A stretch of 64,000 nt of DNA from Candidatus Omnitrophota bacterium (GCA_029261065.1 JAJDCB010000019.1:11659-75658), one strand, 5' to 3'. Shown: positions 19,007-29,061, counted from the first letter of the stretch. The notes: generated from the letters alone by a model not told the origin. A program made the numbers and translations.

Positions 19007-20640
19007 CGTAATATAAAGGGTTTATCAAATACTGTTAATAATGTGTTTATTTCATCCTCATTCCAGATCCAAAACCTTTCCTGCAAAGCTTTTAATCTCG
19101 CATTTTCATCTAAACCGGCTAAAGATACCAATAAACATTTATCTGGTTTTAAACCAAGATTCTTCGCCTCCAGAGCTATCGCATTAACATCCCCCTCACA
19201 CATATGTTCTTTCTTTGTAGCCACGATCCAAACGCCATCTTTCGTCCTAGCTTTAATGACTTCTATCGCTTGACCTTGTTCGTTAATGAGTTTTAAGGGT
19301 ACAATTTCTTCAAAGAAAGGCAGCTTATATCTTCGTCCGTTTAATTGAAACGATTCGTTCTCAAAACAGGAAAGAAGTTCTACAATTCGCGTTGAGAAAT
19401 TTTTTCGAGAATTGAGTTTAAAAGTATCAACACATTGATTTAACTCATCCTTAAGTTGCTTTCTCTGTTTGTTTCCCTCTAACTCAAAACTCTTAAGTCT
19501 CTTTTGATAAACATATTTCATCCAATAACGAAACAATTTATCCTTAAAGTAATGAAACTGACTATTTTTAACAATAATCCCCAATTCAATGAGCCGAGAT
19601 AATTTTTGTGAAATTTGAGATTTTTTTAATTTTAAATCACTCGATAAATGATCTAACTTATGAACACCATTCGCTAAAGCCAACAAGATGACCGGTATCA
19701 ATTGATTACCTTTTCCACGCGAAATTTCATTGATACATAATTCAAAGTGTCGACTAATAACACCCCACCGATCAAAAAGCGTATTTTCTATAGCTTGCGC
19801 CAATATCGGCATGTAAATTTCATTTTGATTATGTAAGGCACTTAAATGCGTTAGCTCGCGAGATATCATGTTTAAGTACAACGGATGACCACCTGTAAAA
19901 TCCGTTAAAAAATTTCTTAATTGGACACCAATTTTTACATCCTGAAGGTTGTGTTCTATAAAATCTTGACTGGTATTTAAATCGAAGGGTTCGATGGCAA
20001 TGACTTCAAAATTACCGAACAACAATGACAATTGTTCCGTTAGAATACGTTTCGCGAGTCCCTCATATGAGCTAATTAAAATGTAAAAACATTTTTTCTG
20101 CGTCATAATCTTTTTACCAAGAATTTGAAAGACCTCTGATAAGGGATATTCATTCAAATTTTGAAATTCATCAAGAATTAACAAGCATAACTTTCCAGAT
20201 TCATTTGAATAGACATCTAGCAAAGCCAACAAGCCTAGAAAAGATTCGTTAAATTTGCCAGCCTCATAATGGTCTAAAACCTTGGCGATCACTTGAACTG
20301 TTTGAGGAATAAATCTTTTGGCTGTCTCCATTAAGACACTTAAATCGTCATCAACATGTTGTTGCTTATTTTTCAAGAAATGATGTAAGAGCCCAGAGGT
20401 GAAGGCATGGACAAAATAGTGGTAATCTTTATTTTCTAGATCTAGATAAATATAGGTGAGATTTTCATCTTCAATGTTGGAAAGAAAATGAATAACAGTC
20501 GCACTTTTGCCCACATATTGATTCCCCAAAAGAGCGATATTTTGTCTATAGCCCTCTTTTAAGTCAACCACACGTCGCTTAAGTAGACTTAAGGTCTCTT
20601 CTCGTCCAAAAAAATTTTGTTCAAGTTCCAAGAAGCTCAT
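19003..20640 (-). CDS. ATPase of the archaeal-type (Arch_ATPase-like) family with C-terminal wHTH and DUF234/PD-(D/E)xK-like domain
   Basis: FFGREEELxxL, then Walker A GNQYVGKS and Walker B LLILDEF. The C-terminal region ...GQAIEVIKARTKDG... is compatible with a nuclease-like fold. The domain assignment is from memory. Confidence 0.55.
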   Translation of the reverse strand: MSFLELEQNFFGREETLSLLKRRVVDLKEGYRQNIALLGNQYVGKSATVIHFLSNIEDENLTYIYLDLENKDYHYFVHAFTSGLLHHFLKNKQQHVDDDLSVLMETAKRFIPQTVQVIAKVLDHYEAGKFNESFLGLLALLDVYSNESGKLCLLILDEFQNLNEYPLSEVFQILGKKIMTQKKCFYILISSYEGLAKRILTEQLSLLFGNFEVIAIEPFDLNTSQDFIEHNLQDVKIGVQLRNFLTDFTGGHPLYLNMISRELTHLSALHNQNEIYMPILAQAIENTLFDRWGVISRHFELCINEISRGKGNQLIPVILLALANGVHKLDHLSSDLKLKKSQISQKLSRLIELGIIVKNSQFHYFKDKLFRYWMKYVYQKRLKSFELEGNKQRKQLKDELNQCVDTFKLNSRKNFSTRIVELLSCFENESFQLNGRRYKLPFFEEIVPLKLINEQGQAIEVIKARTKDGVWIVATKKEHMCEGDVNAIALEAKNLGLKPDKCLLVSLAGLDENARLKALQERFWIWNEDEINTLLTVFDKPFILR

Positions 20641-21311
20641 GGCAAGTAATGTAAAGGGTTATCTTCTTGTGCATTTTTTCTTATTTCAAAATGCAAATAA
20701 GCTAGATCCTTTCTTACCGCTGGGTAAGAAATAGGATTATTCTTTTTAACCAACTGATCTAACTTCACTAACACTTTCGCATTGTTAGCGTACACCGAAT
20801 AAAGACCATCTGAATGATCTAAAATAATTGTCTCACCATAACCAACAAGATAATCAACAAATATCACACGGCCTGTTCGAGCCGCAGTAATCACCTGACC
20901 TTCTTTTGTCAGGATATCTATCCCATTACTTAAAATATTGTTTTTACGCTGATGAAAATACGTAATCACCTTACCCCTAACAGGCCAAACAAAATCGTTT
21001 GTATCTTCAACTTTATCTAAAACAATTTCAATTGTCTTTTTAGCCCCTGGAATAAAAATAAGCTGATTCTTTTCAATCTGAGCGGCATCAGGAATATTAT
21101 TAAACTCAATAATATCCTCGATATCAATCGCATAAGCTTTCGTAATCCGCCAAAGGGTTTCCCCTTTCATAACCTTATGATAAACGCCCTCAATTTTAGG
21201 TTGGGGAATCTCAATGTGTGCCACGTCCTTACTTGATACACATCCTGAAACCACGAGCAAACTTAAAAAAACGATCAACCTTAACACTAAAATACGTTTC
21301 AAAAAGGGCAT
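20637..21311 (-). CDS. NlpD-like lipoprotein (LysM + M23 peptidase domain)
   Basis: Lipobox VVSGC; LysM motif YHKVMKGETLWRITKAY; M23 motifs NGIDI...HxxxxY. Confidence 0.75.
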   Translation of the reverse strand: MPFLKRILVLRLIVFLSLLVVSGCVSSKDVAHIEIPQPKIEGVYHKVMKGETLWRITKAYAIDIEDIIEFNNIPDAAQIEKNQLIFIPGAKKTIEIVLDKVEDTNDFVWPVRGKVITYFHQRKNNILSNGIDILTKEGQVITAARTGRVIFVDYLVGYGETIILDHSDGLYSVYANNAKVLVKLDQLVKKNNPISYPAVRKDLAYLHFEIRKNAQEDNPLHYLP

Positions 21312-21321
21312 GTTAATATTT

Positions 21322-21975
21322 CTATACTTTAAGAACTATCGATTTATCCAAAATGGTTTTAAAATCCCTTATGGCCTGCTTGACATTTAATGCCTTAGAA
21401 ATAGCCCTGCAAACAGCAATACGATGAACACCACGATCAACTAATAAATGCACATTATCTAAATCAATTCCTCCAATAGCAAAGACAGGAATAGAAATTG
21501 CATTGGTAACTGACTCAATTAATTCCAAGGCCATTGGATTGCGATCCGGCTTTGTTAACGTCTTAAAGACAGAACCAAATCCTATATAATCCGCCCCCCA
21601 CTCTTCTGCGCGCTGCGCTTGCTCCAATGTTTGACAAGACAAACCAATGCTAAATTCCTCATTAAGCATCACACGCGCATCTTTATAAGAAATATCATCC
21701 TGACCTAAATGAACACCATGGGCGTTAACAATTTGCGTAATATCTATTCGATCATTGACGATAAGCGGAATTTGATCTCGAACAATGTCAACAGCAGCTC
21801 TCAAAAACCTTAAAATATCTTGAGCGCTCCCCACCTTATCTCGAAGTTGTAAGACATCTACGCCCTCCTCAAGAGAAAATCTGACAATATCTAAAAGCTC
21901 ATCATAAGAATTTACTTGAGCATCTAAGATCACATACAATCTAGCATCTTGAAACGCATTTGTGTTCAACGGCAT
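21322..21975 (-). CDS. thiE: thiamine-phosphate synthase
   Basis: LYVILD...VDVLQLRDK...GADYIGFGSVFKT are typical of ThiE. Confidence 0.85.
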   Translation of the reverse strand: MPLNTNAFQDARLYVILDAQVNSYDELLDIVRFSLEEGVDVLQLRDKVGSAQDILRFLRAAVDIVRDQIPLIVNDRIDITQIVNAHGVHLGQDDISYKDARVMLNEEFSIGLSCQTLEQAQRAEEWGADYIGFGSVFKTLTKPDRNPMALELIESVTNAISIPVFAIGGIDLDNVHLLVDRGVHRIAVCRAISKALNVKQAIRDFKTILDKSIVLKV

Positions 21976-22357
21976 ATAATTGGTATCTTAACGTTTTTAA
22001 TTCCTGAGCTACTTCTTTATTTAGAAGCTTTGTAAATTCTTCAAGAACCCTAATCGATTCTTTAGCTCGCTGGGAATTGGCGTAAAAAACATCTCGCACA
22101 TCTTTTCTCTTAAATTCACACGTTGTCGAGGACTTCCCAACATCGCCTTTTATATCACGCGACATGATAATATCTTTAATTTTTAAAGCTAGAATTGCAT
22201 CTGATAATTGATGACGAATATTTTTAAATGATCGTGTTAATGTTTTATCATCCCAAACAAATCGACATATGTCTTCACAAGTCCTTAAACCTTCTTTAGC
22301 TCTATTAAAGTTAGCATCGCAAATTCGAAATATACTTTTCTTAGAAAGATTTTGCAC
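21941..22357 (-). CDS. conserved hypothetical protein overlapping the thiE start
   Basis: 138 aa with a DANFNRAKEGLRTCEDICRF motif. No confident family; genuine by position and coding density. Confidence 0.35.
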   Translation of the reverse strand: MQNLSKKSIFRICDANFNRAKEGLRTCEDICRFVWDDKTLTRSFKNIRHQLSDAILALKIKDIIMSRDIKGDVGKSSTTCEFKRKDVRDVFYANSQRAKESIRVLEEFTKLLNKEVAQELKTLRYQLYAVEHKCVSRC

Positions 22358-22832
22358 TTTTTTTGATTCTTTCTATCATGGTTGTCGTTGAAAAACCCCG
22401 AATATAATCAATGTACTCCACACGACCACCCACGGATTCAATAAAGTCCTGACCAGCAATCCTTTTTCCCTTCCAATCAGCTCCCTTAATAAGAACATCT
22501 GGTTTAAGATACGCAATTAACTTCTCAGGGGTCTCTTCATTAAAAATGGTAATGTAATCGACACATTCTAATGAAGCCAAAAGCAAAGCACGTTGTTGTT
22601 GAGGAACAATGGGACGCGTTGGGCCTTTAATGCGCTTGATCGAACGATCAGAATTTAAACCAATAACGAGAAATCTATTTTTTTTCTTAGCTGTTTGAAG
22701 ATAACTGGCATGACCAAAATGGAGAATGTCAAAACACCCATTTGTAAAAACTATTTGTTTGCCTTCACGGCGCATTAACGCAATCTTACGTTTAAGAGTC
22801 TCTTTTGTAACAACTTTACGTTGAGCCTTCAA
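22341..22832 (-). CDS. rfaE2: D-glycero-beta-D-manno-heptose-1-phosphate adenylyltransferase (RfaE domain II / HldE C-terminal homologue)
   Basis: TNGCFDILHFGH is the cytidylyltransferase HxGH motif; about 160 aa. Confidence 0.8.
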   Translation of the reverse strand: MKAQRKVVTKETLKRKIALMRREGKQIVFTNGCFDILHFGHASYLQTAKKKNRFLVIGLNSDRSIKRIKGPTRPIVPQQQRALLLASLECVDYITIFNEETPEKLIAYLKPDVLIKGADWKGKRIAGQDFIESVGGRVEYIDYIRGFSTTTMIERIKKSAKSF

Positions 22833-22849
22833 AGCCTAACCACCCAGTT

Positions 22850-23413
22850 TCAAAAATGATTTTCAACAAGTTCACAAATACTATGAATGATACATAAATG
22901 TGACTCTTGAATTCTTGCTGTTTTTTCTGAAGGAACATTTATATTCATATCGGTCATCGCAGCCAATGCACCACCATCTTTCCCCGTTAAAGAAACAGTT
23001 TTAATACCCAAGGACTTAGCCACCTTCATCGCTTCAATAACATTTTTCGATTGGCCACTTGTTGATATGCCAAAGGCAATATCCCCAGCGCGTCCTAAGG
23101 CTTCTAATTGACGCGCAAAAACAATGTCAAAACTATAATCGTTACCCAGTGCGGTTAATATAGATGAGTCTGTCGTCAATGCAATAGCCGCTAAAGCCTT
23201 TCGTTCTTTTTGAAATCGACCAACAAATTCAGCTGCAATATGTTGAGAGTCAGCAGCAGATCCTCCATTGCCAAAAAATATTAATTTTCCACCCTCGAGA
23301 AGTGTTTCTTTAAAAGCCGAGACGACCTCAATAATGATCTCTCGATTCGCTTCAAGCGCTTGTTGCTTAACCTCTATCGATTCTTTAAAAATATTATTAA
23401 TATCTTCTATCAT
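22850..23413 (-). CDS. gmhA: phosphoheptose isomerase (SIS domain)
   Basis: FFGNGGSAADSQHIAAEF is a SIS motif; about 190 aa. Confidence 0.85.
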   Translation of the reverse strand: MIEDINNIFKESIEVKQQALEANREIIIEVVSAFKETLLEGGKLIFFGNGGSAADSQHIAAEFVGRFQKERKALAAIALTTDSSILTALGNDYSFDIVFARQLEALGRAGDIAFGISTSGQSKNVIEAMKVAKSLGIKTVSLTGKDGGALAAMTDMNINVPSEKTARIQESHLCIIHSICELVENHF

Positions 23414-23419
23414 ATTTTT

Positions 23420-24442
23420 TCACGAAGAAAACGTCTGTGCCATTTTATACAAATCTTCATCAATGGCTTTATGTTTACTTACAGCCTCCTTAATATCAAC
23501 ATAACGGATTTTACCGTCATGCAAACTGACCATTTTACCAAATTTATTTTCTTTAACGAGATCAACTGCCTTTACTCCGAATCGTGTTCCAATAATTCGG
23601 TCATGAGCCGTTGGCGTTCCACCCCGTTGAATATGACCTAAAACACTCACCCGTGTTTCATAGCCAGTCTTCTCTTCAATCAACGTTGCAATCAACTCTC
23701 CCGCATTGCCTATGCGATGTTTATAGGTACTTCCTTCCTTCTGCGCTTCATTATAACCATCAACCGTGACCCCTTCTGAAACAACAATAATACTAAAAGA
23801 TCTTCCACGCGAATGATGAGATCTTAAAAAATCACAAACATTTTCAATGTTTACTTTATATTCGGGAACTAAAATAATATCGGCGCCTCCTGCAATACCA
23901 GCTTGAAGCGCTATCCAACCGGTATATCGTCCCATAACCTCAATAACAATGATGCGATGATGACTTTCCGCTGTGGTATGAAGGCGGTCAATGCATTCAG
24001 TGGCAATGTTGACAGCAGTGTCAAAACCAAAAGCATAATCCGTACCCGATAAGGCATTATCAATGGACTTTGGCACACCAACGACCGGCAACCCATAATT
24101 ATTGTGTAAACTCAATGCAATCTTAAGCGTGTCCTCTCCTCCAACCGCAATCAAAGCATCGATACCGCTTCGTTCAAAATTTTCACTAATCGCTTTTTCC
24201 TTATCTTTATCTAAAGGAGGGATAATGCGACTTGTCCCGAGAATGGTTCCCCCACGATCCAGAATCCCTGACGTTAATCGGAGATCCAAAATGCGCATAT
24301 CATTTTCGATTAAACCATTCCATCCATTTTTGATACCCGTGACAACATACCCTTCTAACATTGCTTTTCGCACAACAGCACGAATAACCGAGTTTAATCC
24401 CGGACAATCAGCGCCTCCTGTTAAGATTCCAATTTTTTTCAT
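23420..24442 (-). CDS. pfk: 6-phosphofructokinase, with the signature of a pyrophosphate-dependent enzyme
   Basis: ILTGGADCPGLN; GGED at the position of E. coli GGDG (Asp at residue 104); PKSIDNAL at the position of PGTIDND (Lys at residue 124). Confidence 0.8.
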   Translation of the reverse strand: MKKIGILTGGADCPGLNSVIRAVVRKAMLEGYVVTGIKNGWNGLIENDMRILDLRLTSGILDRGGTILGTSRIIPPLDKDKEKAISENFERSGIDALIAVGGEDTLKIALSLHNNYGLPVVGVPKSIDNALSGTDYAFGFDTAVNIATECIDRLHTTAESHHRIIVIEVMGRYTGWIALQAGIAGGADIILVPEYKVNIENVCDFLRSHHSRGRSFSIIVVSEGVTVDGYNEAQKEGSTYKHRIGNAGELIATLIEEKTGYETRVSVLGHIQRGGTPTAHDRIIGTRFGVKAVDLVKENKFGKMVSLHDGKIRYVDIKEAVSKHKAIDEDLYKMAQTFSS

Positions 24443-24462
24443 ATCTGCTCTTTTTAATTACG

Positions 24463-25077
24463 TTATGGTCGATATCCATGAAAAGGAACTGTAGGATCTT
24501 GCCCCTCATCCGATGCCGCTGAACCCGCTATTGATTTATCTTTAACATTTTCAGCAATAATTTTTGTCACATAAACAGCAACATCAATTTGTTCATCAAC
24601 ACCAATCGTTGCCTGAATTTTTTTAATAACAGATTTTTGTATGTTAGAAGAAATCTCAGGAACACTAACCTCAGAGCCCAAAACCAAACGAATAATAACC
24701 TTTAAACCATCTTTGGCGACAGTAATATTGGCTGACACATCACGAATTTCAACAAGTCGTATTAACATGCGACGCACCAAATCTTCTAAAGCACTTAACG
24801 AAACACTCACCCGGCCGGATGGGTTATCAAAGGCAATAACTTTATCTTCTTTCATACCTGAACGAAATTTAAAATAAACAACAAACGTTGTTAAACCGAC
24901 AAAACTCGCTAATGCACCAAAAATTAATCTCAATTCTTGATTAGACTGTACAAGTCTAAACAATTCACCCAATTCGTTTACACTAAAAAACCGAAAAGCA
25001 AAAGCTATGCCGACAACACTGATCAACAATACCAGCGCGACGTAAAAAAAATAAAAAATCGTTTTTATAAAGTTCAT
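24463..25077 (-). CDS. Asp23/Gls24-family protein with N-terminal membrane anchor (AmaP-like)
   Basis: Two N-terminal TM helices, then an Asp23-like beta-rich region (ITVAKDGLKVIIRLVLGSEVSVPEISSNIQKSVIKKIQATIGVDEQIDVAVYV). Confidence 0.5.
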   Translation of the reverse strand: MNFIKTIFYFFYVALVLLISVVGIAFAFRFFSVNELGELFRLVQSNQELRLIFGALASFVGLTTFVVYFKFRSGMKEDKVIAFDNPSGRVSVSLSALEDLVRRMLIRLVEIRDVSANITVAKDGLKVIIRLVLGSEVSVPEISSNIQKSVIKKIQATIGVDEQIDVAVYVTKIIAENVKDKSIAGSAASDEGQDPTVPFHGYRP

Positions 25078-25124
25078 ATTTGCCTCCTAAGCCTTTCCCT
25101 AAAATAGGGACTGATAATAATCTT

Positions 25125-26483
25125 TTAGCCTAAATCTCCGTCCTTCTTGGCCAACTTTTCTAAAAAGTGCGTCGAAACATTTCCCTCTAGGAAATCTTTA
25201 TTATTTAAAATTTCATTATGTAATGCGATTGTTGTTTTATTAGGACTAACATAGAACTCATCCAAAGCGCGCTTCATAATACTAATAGCTTCGTTGCGAT
25301 TTTCACCATAACAAATAAGCTTGGCCACCATTGAATCATAATGCGGACTGACCATATAACCTTGATAAATGTGAGTGTCAAGCCGGACACCTCGTCCTCC
25401 TGGTAGATTAAGCTCTTCAATCCTGCCAGGAGAGGGAATAAAATTATTATGAGGATCTTCGACATTGATACGACATTCAATGGCCGCCCCTTTTATGACA
25501 ATATCCTCCTGCTTCACTCTTAACTTTTCTCCAGCGGCGATACGAATCTGCTCCTTAACAAGATCAATACCCGTCACCATTTCTGTCACGGGATGCTCAA
25601 CCTGAATGCGCGTATTCATTTCCATAAAATAAAAATCTTTATTCTTATCTAATAAGAACTCAACCGTACCCACATTTTTATAATTGACAGCTTTTGCAGC
25701 CTTAATAGCAGCCTCACCAATCTGCCTTCTCAAAGTATCATCCAAGGCCGGCGACGGAGACTCTTCAAGAAGTTTCTGATGCCGACGCTGAATACTACAA
25801 TCACGTTCTCCTAAGTGAACCACATTCCCATGTTCATCCGCCATGATCTGAATTTCAATATGTTTGGGATCCTCAATATATTTTTCAATGTAAACGGCCG
25901 AATTTCCAAAATTTGCCTCAGCTTCCGTTTGCGCCATTGTTAAAGAACTCATTAATGTCATATCATTATGACAAACCCGCATACCCTTACCGCCACCACC
26001 TGCTGCCGCCTTAATAATGACGGGATATTTGATACTTTTTGCTATCTCAACAGCTTCTTCTTTTGATTGAACAATACCTTTCCCGCCTGGTGTTAACGGG
26101 ACTCCCGTTTTCTTCATTGTTTCTTTGGCCACAACCTTATCACCCATTTTACGTATAGTCTGTGGATCTGGGCCAATAAATTTTATATTGCATGATTCAC
26201 AAATTTCAGCAAAATGAGCATTTTCTGATAAGAAACCGTAACCTGGATGAATGGCTTCAACATCTGTTACTTCTGCAGCCGAGACAATGGCTGGAATATT
26301 AAGATAACTATCTATACTTAAGGCAGGGCCGATACACACCGCTTCATCCGCAAAACGTACGTGCAAAGAATCACGATCAACATCAGAATAGACGGCTACT
26401 GTCTGAATATCTAATTCACGACAAGCACGAATGATGCGTAGCGCAATCTCTCCCCTATTAGCTATTAATATTTTCGAAAACAT
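25125..26483 (-). CDS. accC: acetyl-CoA carboxylase biotin carboxylase subunit
   Basis: [20 protein letters not shown]...; ATP-grasp fold; 452 aa. Confidence 0.95.
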   Translation of the reverse strand: MFSKILIANRGEIALRIIRACRELDIQTVAVYSDVDRDSLHVRFADEAVCIGPALSIDSYLNIPAIVSAAEVTDVEAIHPGYGFLSENAHFAEICESCNIKFIGPDPQTIRKMGDKVVAKETMKKTGVPLTPGGKGIVQSKEEAVEIAKSIKYPVIIKAAAGGGGKGMRVCHNDMTLMSSLTMAQTEAEANFGNSAVYIEKYIEDPKHIEIQIMADEHGNVVHLGERDCSIQRRHQKLLEESPSPALDDTLRRQIGEAAIKAAKAVNYKNVGTVEFLLDKNKDFYFMEMNTRIQVEHPVTEMVTGIDLVKEQIRIAAGEKLRVKQEDIVIKGAAIECRINVEDPHNNFIPSPGRIEELNLPGGRGVRLDTHIYQGYMVSPHYDSMVAKLICYGENRNEAISIMKRALDEFYVSPNKTTIALHNEILNNKDFLEGNVSTHFLEKLAKKDGDLG

Positions 26484-26554
26484 TATTGAATATAACTCAT
26501 TAAAACTCTAAAGGAAAATGATATCCCCTTAAAAGTCAGGATCAAAGGATTAAC

Positions 26555-27010
26555 TTATACTGGTTCAACGATAAATAATGCTTGTCCAAATTCAACGGGT
26601 TGGGCGTTCTCGATCGGTGCTTCGACGATTTTCCCTCTTATCTCTGACTTAATTTCATTCATCAATTTCATAGCCTCTATAATACAAACGACTTGACCAA
26701 CATCGACTGTTTGTCCTATCTCAGCAAATGAAGGGGCTTCCGGAGAAGGGGCCCGATAAAAGGTACCAACCATGGGCGACTGAATTTCATTTCGATTGCT
26801 CGTGTCGGCGACGGTTTCTTTCTTTTCTGTGGATCCTACGGAGGGAGCACTTTGAATGGTAAAATCAGCAGGGTTTCGAGAATAAACGGGAGCTCCTTCA
26901 CCAGCTGCCTTCTTTAATTTTATTTTCATACCATCACGTTCAATCTCTAATTCATTGAGATCATTTTCATTCATTAAATCTATCAAATTACGTATTTCTT
27001 TTAGATTCAT
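26555..27010 (-). CDS. accB: biotin carboxyl carrier protein
   Basis: C-terminal EAMKLMNEI biotinyl-lysine motif. Confidence 0.9.
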   Translation of the reverse strand: MNLKEIRNLIDLMNENDLNELEIERDGMKIKLKKAAGEGAPVYSRNPADFTIQSAPSVGSTEKKETVADTSNRNEIQSPMVGTFYRAPSPEAPSFAEIGQTVDVGQVVCIIEAMKLMNEIKSEIRGKIVEAPIENAQPVEFGQALFIVEPV

Positions 27011-27591
27011 TTTTGTACCCTTTCCACATACTCTCCTGTTCGTGTATCAATTTTAACGAAATCTTCGATATTCACAAACAAAGGAACTTGAATCGATGTC
27101 CCTGTATCAATAGTTGCCGGTTTGTTTCCAGCCTTACTGGAATCTCCTTTAAAACCTGGTTCTGTATGTGTTATTTCAGCAATAATAAATGTTGGCAGAT
27201 TAATTTTTAATACTTTTTCATCGTAGAACAAACCTGTGACTTCAAGATCATCCTGCAAAAATTTTAAGACATCATTTACTGTGCCCAGGGAGACCTCTAT
27301 CTGTTCATAGGTCGTGTTATCCATGAAATGAAAGGTATCATCCGAGCGATACAAATATTGAATCTTTCGCTCATCAAGTTGAATATCTTCCAACTTATCC
27401 GCTGATTTAAATGTTCTTTCGACAACTTGTCCAGTATGAACATTTTTTAATTTGATGCGAACAAAGGCACTTCCCTTACCTGGCTTCACATGTGTGTATT
27501 CCGAAACAACATAAAGCACCCCATCCACTCGCAGGCCAATGCCTGAACTGATTTGATTAATAGATATGGTCACTAATAACCTCACACCCAT
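27007..27591 (-). CDS. efp: elongation factor P
   Basis: SEYTHVKPGKGSAFVRIKLKNVHTG carries the EF-P KPGKG loop. The true start may be the GTG at 27573. Confidence 0.9.
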   Translation of the reverse strand: MGVRLLVTISINQISSGIGLRVDGVLYVVSEYTHVKPGKGSAFVRIKLKNVHTGQVVERTFKSADKLEDIQLDERKIQYLYRSDDTFHFMDNTTYEQIEVSLGTVNDVLKFLQDDLEVTGLFYDEKVLKINLPTFIIAEITHTEPGFKGDSSKAGNKPATIDTGTSIQVPLFVNIEDFVKIDTRTGEYVERVQK

Positions 27592-28615
27592 TTTTTGTTA
27601 CTAAAACCATATCTTCAATACGAATACCAAATTTTTTAGGAATATAAACGGCTGGTTCAACGGTAATAATCATACCAGGTTTAAGAGTTGCTGTATTGTT
27701 ATGCGACATTCTTGGATCCTCATGGATATCAAGCCCCACACCATGACCTAGGGCATGTCCAAAATATTTAGCTAATTTGTGTTTATCTAGATAACCTCGT
27801 GCCGCCTGATCAACCTCTGAAATAGTTGCGCCTGATTTTATCTTTTCGATCGCAAGTCGCTGAGCCTTAAAGACTTTCTCGTTAACTTCATTAACAAGAT
27901 TGGGTATTTTACCCAAAAAAAACATACGTGTCAAGTCGGACTTATAGCCAGAAAAGTCTATTCCCATATCGACTAAGACAACATCATTAGCCCGAAATTT
28001 TCGACTCGTAACTTGGGCATGTGGCAGGCAAGAATTGGGGCCTGAGGCGACAATCGGGTCAAAGGAAAAACCAACATTATTCACGCGAATGAATCTTTCT
28101 AAACTTTCAAGGATCTCAGACTCCTTCTTTCCTGGCTTGACGATCCTTTTCAGCAATTTATAGGCTTGCTCGTGAATCGCTAAAGCCTTCCTAATAAGTT
28201 TGATTTCACTTAATTCTTTGATTTCTCGTAAGGATTCAACCAAATTATTTGCCGCGCATAACTTAAAACCCTTAGGTGTCCGCTTTTTAAAATTCTTAAA
28301 TGACGCCAACGTAACATGCCGCTCATCAAAACCAATACGCTTAACCTGACAAACCTTGGCCAGTTCAAATACGGTATCATACAATGTTTTGCTATATTGC
28401 TTGACCGTAACACCTTTTAAGCCTTCTTTGGCCTCTGTGATGTATCGAAAATCTGTAATGTAATATGTTTTTTTAGGAGTAACAAAAAGCCAAGACTCTT
28501 GGGCTTTAAAATGGGTGAGGTAACGAATGTTGGTATCATTCGTTATGAGCAGGGCATCAATGTTGTTTTTTTGAAAGCTTGTGACTAACTTTTTAATCCG
28601 TGAAGACATGTCCAC
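27557..28615 (-). CDS. pepP: Xaa-Pro aminopeptidase (M24B)
   Basis: M24 pita-bread metal ligands (DxGxxxxGY...HGxGHxxGLxxHE). Confidence 0.85.
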   Translation of the reverse strand: MDMSSRIKKLVTSFQKNNIDALLITNDTNIRYLTHFKAQESWLFVTPKKTYYITDFRYITEAKEGLKGVTVKQYSKTLYDTVFELAKVCQVKRIGFDERHVTLASFKNFKKRTPKGFKLCAANNLVESLREIKELSEIKLIRKALAIHEQAYKLLKRIVKPGKKESEILESLERFIRVNNVGFSFDPIVASGPNSCLPHAQVTSRKFRANDVVLVDMGIDFSGYKSDLTRMFFLGKIPNLVNEVNEKVFKAQRLAIEKIKSGATISEVDQAARGYLDKHKLAKYFGHALGHGVGLDIHEDPRMSHNNTATLKPGMIITVEPAVYIPKKFGIRIEDMVLVTKNGCEVISDHIY

Positions 28616-28623
28616 CTTGAGGG

Positions 28624-29061
28624 TTAAGATTTCAAAAGGTCTATTAAAGCGTCAAGACCGAGCATGTAACTATTGACCCCAAATCCGCAGACTTGGCCAT
28701 GAACCACTGGAGAAATCAAAGACTTGTGTCGAAATTCTTCGCGAGCGTAAACATTCGATAAATGGATCTCAACCGTAGGAATGCTGACCGCGGCCAAGGC
28801 ATCTCGAATGGCGATGCTCGTGTGCGTGTAGGCGGCAGGATTAATTAAAATGGCTTGAATCTCATTCTCTTTTGACTTTCCAATCTCATCAACAATCTCG
28901 CCTTCATGATTGGATTGAAAGGTCTCAAGGGTAACGCCATTCTCTTTGGCCTTCTCATTGAGACGTTGATTAATTTCTTCTAACGTAGTTTCACCGTAAA
29001 TATCAGCTTCCCTTTGACCTAACAAATTTAGATTAGGCCCATGAACAACCAAAATTTTCAT
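28624..29061 (-). CDS. aroQ: type II 3-dehydroquinate dehydratase
   Basis: MKILVVHGPNLNLLGQRE...HLSNVYARE are typical of AroQ. Confidence 0.9.
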   Translation of the reverse strand: MKILVVHGPNLNLLGQREADIYGETTLEEINQRLNEKAKENGVTLETFQSNHEGEIVDEIGKSKENEIQAILINPAAYTHTSIAIRDALAAVSIPTVEIHLSNVYAREEFRHKSLISPVVHGQVCGFGVNSYMLGLDALIDLLKS

